Of a stretch of 64,000 nt of DNA, positions 56,887 through 64,000 are shown piece after piece (position 1 is the first letter of the stretch; every line of letters starts with the position of its first letter). Under the pieces are notes generated by a model. The model was given only the letters and a program-made list of their open reading frames with translations, had not been told where the DNA came from and made no database searches. The stretch is from the NCBI GenBank assembly GCA_964016885.1, contig OZ024742.1:298096001-298160000 (forward strand), written 5' to 3'. The position numbers and the translations under genes were made by a program. The DNA is from Eledone cirrhosa (lineage: Eukaryota).

Positions 56887-57790
56887 GCATGGCAGTGAGA
56901 CCTGGGCATTGTGTGCAGAGGATATACGCAGACTAGAGAGGAACGAAGCTTGCATGCTCCGCTGGATGTGCAATAGTAATATACGTGAACGGCAAAGCAT
57001 AAACGAACTAAGGAAAAAATTAGAAATAAGAGGGATCAGATGTTGTTTACTCGAGAGAAGGCTACGTTGGTACGGTCACGTGATGCGCATGAAAGACGAC
57101 AGCTGTATAACAAAGTGCAGGGCAATAAAGATAGACGGTAGCCACGGAGTAGGCAGACCCAGAAAAACATGGGACGAGCTGATAAATTCCGACCTCACAC
57201 GCTTACACCTCTCCAAGACAATGTCACTGGACCGAGACCTTTGGCGGTACTCAGTAATAGAGAAGACCCGCCTTACCTAAATACAAAGTAAAAACCTACT
57301 ACAGTCAGTAGGCATCTCTATCAAAACACACCCCCGTCCCACCACCTCCACCCCACCCACACCGCCCCTTTCAATGTAAAGTTATGTTGGTCCCACAACA
57401 TCCAGGCCGAAACAAATGAGATCGTGTAGGTGTCACGACAAAAAACACACAGTCCACGCTGTAAATGTGGCCGTGTAGGCAACACGGTAAAAACCTCCCA
57501 GCCCCACACTGTAAATGTGGTTGGTGTTAGGAAGGGCATCCAGCTGTAGAAAACCCGCCAGACAGTCCACGCTGTAATGTGGCCGTGTAGGCAACACGGT
57601 AAAAACCTCCCAGCCCCACACTGTAAATGTGGTTGGTGTTAGGAAGGGCATCCAACTGTAGAAAACCCGCCAGACAGTCCTATGCGAGCAAGACAACCAC
57701 TCTTGCCTCAAGTGGGAAAACCCCCGTCCAAACCCATGCTAGCGTGGAACACGGACGCTAAACCTGATGATGATGATGATGATGATGATA
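56887..57790 (+). mobile_element. RTE family A, 5'-truncated, with tandem duplication in the 3'UTR
   Basis: ORF end 56909-57280; ~113-bp duplication 57449-57680; (GAT)n tail; (TA)n flank. Confidence 0.92.
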
Positions 57791-57794
57791 TATA

Positions 57795-57984
57795 TAACGA
57801 AGGAAATGTGGTAAGGAACCAGGTGGACCATAACGTACCAAAGTACTCAATACTTGGGGTAGTAGAGTGGGTAATAGGAACGAGTAGGACCCCGCTGGCT
57901 GAGCTCAAGCCGTTTCGACGGCTAATTCAGTCCAGAATTAGCCATCGAAACGGCTTGAGCTCAGCCGTCGGGGTCCTACTTGTT

Positions 57985-57989
<5 letters not shown>
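57795..57989. repeat. Family H2 fold-back element, second copy
   Basis: Arms 57874-57928 / 57935-57989; matches 14277-14471. Confidence 0.8.
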
Positions 57990-58034
<45 letters not shown>

Positions 58035-58047
58035 GATATATATATAT

Positions 58048-58171
58048 TAGAAAATAGGTTTCACCGTATTTTTTTACTAAAGAAATTTTAGCTTGATAGT
58101 GGGGTTTAGAACCCGACTATAAGGCTAAAATTTCTTTAGTCAAAATATACGGTGGAAGCTTCAATTTTCTA
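58048..58171. repeat. Imperfect palindrome inside (TA)n
   Basis: CACCGTAT...ACTAAAGAAATTTTAGC..ATAGT.GG / CC.ACTAT..GCTAAAATTTCTTTAGT...ATACGGTG. Confidence 0.75.
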
Positions 58172-58206
58172 ATTTCAAACTTGCTCGCTGTTTCAAAACA
58201 TACTCA

Positions 58207-58274
<68 letters not shown>

Positions 58275-58276
<2 letters not shown>

Positions 58277-58546
58277 GTTAGGGAAGCAGAAAATTGCTTA
58301 TTGTAATCCAGTTCGTTGTTAAGATAGTCAGTTTCATGGACGGTTTCAACGTACGGTTAGGGGTAACTCCACAAGTTTGTAAGAATCACATTCAATTTAG
58401 CAACATTCACGGTGGAATCTACAGAGACGACGCCGTTCTCCTAGTTAAGAAACTAAATAACCAGAGCATAGAAAGACTGCGTAAGATATTAGAAAGACTC
58501 TCGGAAAACTAGGCCTTCGCATAACGTATGAATATAGCACTAAAAT
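58275..58546 (+). mobile_element. Penelope-like element RT fragment
   Basis: GGIYRDDAVLLVKK...IERLRKILERL.EN*GLRITYE..TKIV matches the Penelope-type YRDD core and following GLxIT motif; cut by the RTE at 58547. Confidence 0.65.
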
Positions 58547-60042
58547 AGTCAGCAAGGTTAGAATTAACAACGAATATAGTGAAGAGTTTAGCGTAAAAGT
58601 TGGTGTCCATCAGGGCTCTGTTCTTACCCCCCTACTATTTATTATTGCCCTTCAGGCTATAACAGAGGAGTTCAAGACCGGCTGCCCATGGGAACTCCTA
58701 TACACAGATGATCTAACGCTCATAGCTGAATCAATGACCGAGCTAGAGAAGAAATTCCAAACATGGAAGCACGGTCTAGAATCAAAAGGCCTTAAAATTA
58801 ACCTGGCTAAGACTAAAGTTCTAGTTTGTAGGAAAGAAAATAAGGCGGCTGTCCCTTCCGGGAAATGGCCATGCTCAGTGTGTAGGAAAGGCATAGGTAG
58901 AAACTCCATTTTATGTCCCAAATGCAAAGTATGGGTGCATAAAAGATGTAGTGGGATCACAGGTAAGCTAACTAAGAACATAGATTTTACATGTGGCCAG
59001 TGCTCTGGTGCAAAAAGTAGCAAGTGCCCACAAATACTAGCTCTTTCAATTGCGCAGAGGGTTCTATAGAAATAGTGGACAGCTTCCGTTACCTGGGTGA
59101 CAAAATCAGCAGTGGGGGAGGGTGCTCTGAAAGTACAGTAGCTAGAGTCAGAACTGGATGGAAAAGGTTCAGAGAGCTTATACCACTATTAGCCGCTAAA
59201 GGATTCTCCCTAAAAATGAAAGGCAGGTTATATGATGCCTGCATATGAACAGCAATGCTGCACGGCAGTGAGACCTGGGCATTGTGTGCAGAGGATATAC
59301 GCAGACTAGAGATGAATGAAGCTTGCATGCTCCGCTGGATGTGTAATAGTAATATACGTGAACGGCTAAGCATAAACGAACTAAGGAAAAAATTAGAAAT
59401 AAGAGGGATCAGATGTTGTTTACTCGAGAGAAGGCTACGTTGGTATGGTCACGTGATGCGCATGAAAGACGACAGCTGTATAACAAAGTGCAGGGCAATA
59501 AAGATAGACGGTAGCCACGGAGTAGGCAGACCCAGAAAAACCTGGGACGACATGATAAATTCCGACCTCACACGATTACACCTCTCCAAGACAATGTCAC
59601 TGGACCGAGACCTTTGGCGGTACTCAGTAATAGAGAAGACCCGCCTTACCTAAATACAAAGTAAAACCTACTACAGTCAGTAGGCATCTCTAACAAAACA
59701 CACACCCCACCCACCCCATCCACACTGCCACTTTCAATGTAAAGTTATGTTGGTGCTACAACATCCAGGCCGAAACAAATGAGATCGTGTAGGTGTCACA
59801 ACAAAAAACACACAGTCCGCGCTGTAATGTGGCCGTGTAGGCAACACGGTAAAAACCTCCCAGCCCCACACTGTAAATGTGGTTGGTGTTAGGAAGGGCA
59901 TCCAGCTGTAGAAAACCCGCCAGACAGTCCTATGCGAGCAAGACAATCACTCTTGCCTCAAGTGGGAAAACCCCCGTCCAAACCCATGCAAGCGTGGAAC
60001 ACGGACGTTAAACGTTGATGATGATGATGATGATGATGATGA
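58547..60042 (+). mobile_element. RTE family A, 5'-truncated, disrupted
   Basis: VGVHQGS, LLYTDDL, Cys-rich module, frameshift near 59030, TGA at 59246-59248, 3'UTR, (GAT)n. Confidence 0.92.
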
Positions 60043-60143
60043 TTATATATATATATATATGCATATATATATATATGCATATATATATATATGCATATAT
60101 ATATATATGTATATGTATATATATGTATATGTATATATATATG

Positions 60144-60192
<49 letters not shown>

Positions 60193-60209
60193 GTATGTAT
60201 ATATATATG

Positions 60210-60295
<86 letters not shown>

Positions 60296-60388
60296 TGTAG
60301 GAGGTGAGTTTTATTGTAGTACAATAAAGCAATGCAGATATTGGATAAGAAGCACTCTACAGTTTGTAGGACTGGAGTATACATAATA

Positions 60389-60541
60389 TAAGATCAAAAG
60401 ATGGTTAAATGAGTTCCATGTATTTTATTATGCGCATTTCAAAAACAAATAATGAAAACACAAATGTTATTGCATGATGATATTTGTTTTTGAAATGCGC
60501 ATAATAAAATACATGGAACTCATTTAGCCATCTTTTGATCT

Positions 60542-60543
<2 letters not shown>
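60389..60543. repeat. Family H1 fold-back palindrome
   Basis: Arms AAGATCAAAAGATGG...GCGCATTTCAAAAACAAATA and reverse complement; centre retains hammerhead stem II. Confidence 0.8.
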
Positions 60544-60600
<57 letters not shown>

Positions 60601-60602
<2 letters not shown>

Positions 60603-62436
60603 TCATCATCATCATCATCAACGTTTAACGTCCGTGTTCCACGCTTGCATGGGTTTAGACGGGGGTAGTCCCACTTGAGGCAAGAGTGATTGTCTTGCTC
60701 GCATAGGACTGTCTGGCAGCTTTTCTACAGTTGGATGCCCTTCCTAACACCAACCACATTTACAGTGTGGGTCTGGGAGGTTTTTACCATGTTGCCTACA
60801 CGGCCACATTACAGCGTGGACTGTGTGTTTTTTTGTCGTGACACCTACACGATCTCATTTGTTTCGGCCTGGATGGCGCGGCACCAACATAACTTTACAT
60901 AGAACGGGGTGGTGTGGATGGGGTGGGGGTGGTGGCGGAACAGGGTGTATTTTGTTAGAGATGCCTACTGGCAAGGCGGGTCTTCTCTGTTACTGAGTAC
61001 CGCCAAAGGTCTCGGTCCAGTGACATTGTCTTGGAGAGGTGTAAGTGTGTGAGGTCGGAGTTTATCAGCTCATCCCATGTTTTTCTAGGTCTGCCTATTC
61101 CGTGGCTACCGTCTATCTTTATTGCCCTGCACTTTGTTATACAGCTATCGACTTTCATGCGCATCACGTGTCCATACCAACGCAGCCTTCTCTCGAGTAA
61201 ACAACATCTGATCCCTCTTATCTCTAATTTTTTCCTTAGTTCGTTTATGCTTTGCCGTTCACGTATATTACTGTTACACATCCAGCGGAGCATGCAAGCT
61301 TCGTTCCTCTCTAGTCTGCGTATATCCTCTGCACACAATGCCCAGGTCTCACTACCATGCAACATTGCTGTTCGTATGCAGGCATCGTACAACCTGCCTT
61401 TCATTTTTAGGGAGAACCCTTTAGCAGCTAATAGTGGTATAAGCTCTCTGAACTTTTTCCATCCAGTTCTGACTCTAGCTACAGTACTTTCAGAGCACCC
61501 TCCCCCACTGCTGATTTTATCGCCCAGGTAACGGCAGCTGTCCACTATTTCTATAGAACCCTCTGCGCAATTGAAAGAGCTAGTATTTTGTGGGCACTTG
61601 CTGCTACTTATTGCACCAGAACACCGGCCACATGTAAAATCTATGTTCTTAGTTAGCTTACCTGTGATCCCACTACATTTTTTATGCACCCATACTTTGC
61701 ATTTAGGACATAAAATGGAGTTTCTACCTACGCCATTCCTACACACCGAGCACGACCATTTCCCAGAAGGGACCGCCGCCTTGTTTTCTTTCCTACAAAC
61801 TAGAACTTTGGTCTTAGCCAGGTTAATTTTAAGTCCTTTTGACTCTAGGCCGTGCTTCCATGTTTGGAATTTCTTCTCTAGCTCGGCCATTGATTCCGCT
61901 ATGAGTGTCAGGTCGTCTGCGTATAGGAGTTCCCATGGGCAGCCTGTCTTGAACTCCTCTGTTATAGCCTGAAGGGCAATAATAAATAGTAGGGGGTTGA
62001 GAACAGAGCCCTGATGGACGCCAACTTTTACGCTAAACTCTTCACTATATTCGTTGTTAATTCTAACCTTGCTGACTGTTTCTTTATACATGGCTTGTAT
62101 AGCCCTCACAAGCCATTCGTCAACGCCTAGTTTTCTAAGAGCCCACCAGATAATGGAGCGGGGGACTCTGTCGAAGGCTTTCTCCAGGTCGACAAAAGCT
62201 AAGTAGAGGGGTTTACCTTTAGCTAGGTACTTCTCCTGTAGTTGTCGTACTATGAAAAGAGCGTCTGTGGTGCTTTTGCCCGACACAAACCCGAACTGCA
62301 TTTCATCTAGGTCAATTCTCTTTCTGATTAGTTGCGCTATTACTTTTTCCGTGACCTTCATGACCTGGTCGATTAATTTAATGCCTCTATAGTTACTTCT
62401 ATCTAGGGCGTCTCCTTTACCCTTATAACAGTTAAC
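60601..62436 (-). mobile_element. RTE family A, 5'-truncated, RT region uninterrupted
   Basis: Open frame through 60955-62361 (468 aa) and upstream to ~62435; (GAT)n tail; (TA)n flanks. Confidence 0.95.
60955..62361 (-). CDS. RTE reverse transcriptase fragment (no endonuclease; not expected to be autonomous)
   Basis: QFGF, FVDLEKAFDRV, GVHQGSVLNPLLF, LLYADDL, C4HC3-like insert, RYLG, GRPRKTW; native stop lost by a small deletion near 60970. Confidence 0.8.
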   Translation of the reverse strand: MKVTEKVIAQLIRKRIDLDEMQFGFVSGKSTTDALFIVRQLQEKYLAKGKPLYLAFVDLEKAFDRVPRSIIWWALRKLGVDEWLVRAIQAMYKETVSKVRINNEYSEEFSVKVGVHQGSVLNPLLFIIALQAITEEFKTGCPWELLYADDLTLIAESMAELEKKFQTWKHGLESKGLKINLAKTKVLVCRKENKAAVPSGKWSCSVCRNGVGRNSILCPKCKVWVHKKCSGITGKLTKNIDFTCGRCSGAISSSKCPQNTSSFNCAEGSIEIVDSCRYLGDKISSGGGCSESTVARVRTGWKKFRELIPLLAAKGFSLKMKGRLYDACIRTAMLHGSETWALCAEDIRRLERNEACMLRWMCNSNIRERQSINELRKKLEIRGIRCCLLERRLRWYGHVMRMKVDSCITKCRAIKIDGSHGIGRPRKTWDELINSDLTHLHLSKTMSLDRDLWRYSVTEKTRLASRHL

Positions 62437-62520
62437 AAAATCCTATACATATATATATATATGTATATATATATATGTATGTATATATATATATATATAT
62501 ACATAGTTTTAATATAGATG

Positions 62521-62571
62521 AGATTCTACAGGACTAGAACTGTTTTATTCTTTAGAAATCATCAGGAATCT
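62521..62571 (-). ncRNA. Near-intact type I hammerhead ribozyme (family H4), GAAA mutated to AAAA
   Basis: Minus strand: AGATTC-CTGATGA-TTTCTaaAGAAT-AAAA-CAG ttctagtc CTG-TA-GAATCT; 6-bp stem I, GUA triplet. Confidence 0.65.
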
Positions 62572-63138
62572 GGGTATCAAAAAATAAATATGGTATTTAT
62601 AGGTCTCTACAAGTGGTAGGAGAGGGTGGTGAGTGAGATGGGTGTAGGTCATTGGTTGATAGAAAAGGGAATTCATTAAAAGCTAATTCTACAAAGCTAT
62701 AGTTTATTTTTATTAATTTTTGTTTTTAGAGTAACAAAGGCAGACAGAATTCTATAAACAGGTTCCGGATGGCATACCATTCCTTGTCATTAAGTTTCTC
62801 TTAAGCTAACAGATGTCTATAAGATCAGTGGGGGGGTCAGTGATGGTAGATAGAATTAAAGGAAAGGGAGATTCTTTAAAAGCTAAATTCATTAAGGTTC
62901 TACTAAGTGACAAAGGTTTAGAGAATTCTGTAGACAGATTCAAAATACTGAGTGCATATCTTACAATTATCTTCGAACTTCTCTTAAACTAATCAACTAT
63001 ATGCCAAAAATCAACAGACACATTCACAAAAAACACACTTACTCACACACTCGCGCGCAACCATAAACACACATACACATACACATATACACACATAAAA
63101 ACACACACACATATATAAATATATTCATATACATATAT

Positions 63139-63201
<63 letters not shown>

Positions 63202-63334
63202 CACACATACATATACACACACACACACACACACACATATATACACATATATATACACTCACACACATACATACATACACACAAATATACATGTGTATAC
63301 ATATACACATATATAGACATAGAAATATATACAT

Positions 63335-63391
<57 letters not shown>

Positions 63392-63478
63392 TACATATAT
63401 ATACACACACACATATATATATATATATATACATATACACACACATACACACATATATATATATACATATATATACAT

Positions 63479-63529
<51 letters not shown>

Positions 63530-63716
63530 TATACATATACACACATATACATATATGTATATATATATGTATATATATATATATATATATACATGTTTAT
63601 TTATTTATTTAATATTGTAAATATACTCCAAATATTTGTCGAGTGCTTTTATATCAGTTATAAATATTTACTAGTTGTAACCCAACAATTTTAAATATAA
63701 CTTTCCATATATATAC

Positions 63717-63755
<39 letters not shown>

Positions 63756-63760
63756 CATAC

Positions 63761-63813
<53 letters not shown>

Positions 63814-63846
63814 TATATACATATATATATATATGTATATATATAT

Positions 63847-63912
63847 AAGATCAAAAGATGGTTAAATGAGTTCCATGTATTTTATTATGCGCATTTCAAA
63901 AACAAATATCAT
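63847..63912 (-). mobile_element. Family H1 fragment truncated within hammerhead stem II
   Basis: Matches 22645-22711; (TA)n on both sides. Confidence 0.7.
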
Positions 63913-64000
63913 ATATATATACATATATATATATGTATGTATATATATTATATATATATACATATATATATATGTATATATGTATATATATATATATATA

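Noticed and set aside
58048-58171. Hammerhead in this palindrome
   Set aside because: Only a loose GGAAGCTTC/GAAAC resemblance; kept as a palindrome only.

Overview
AT-rich, repeat-dense eukaryotic non-coding DNA (intron or intergenic); the repeat repertoire suggests a coleoid cephalopod such as an octopus (inference). No host protein-coding exon could be supported, and most ORF-track entries are translations of (TA)n/(CA)n/trinucleotide microsatellites. Identifiable content: about ten RTE-clade LINE pieces in several families (the youngest always embedded in (TA)n, with a PHD-like Cys/His module inside the RT region), CR1/L2-clade fragments, two tRNA-derived SINE families (one sharing its 3' tail with a local RTE), piggyBac-like and hAT-like MITEs, and a Penelope-like RT fragment. 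The most interesting unexplained signal is a set of short, mutually unrelated elements inside (TA)n tracts, usually as fold-back palindromes, that carry type I hammerhead ribozyme motifs (one apparently intact at 22677-22747, minus strand). Several fold-back junctions fall within or next to the ribozyme. All calls were made by eye; no alignments, folding or database searches were run.
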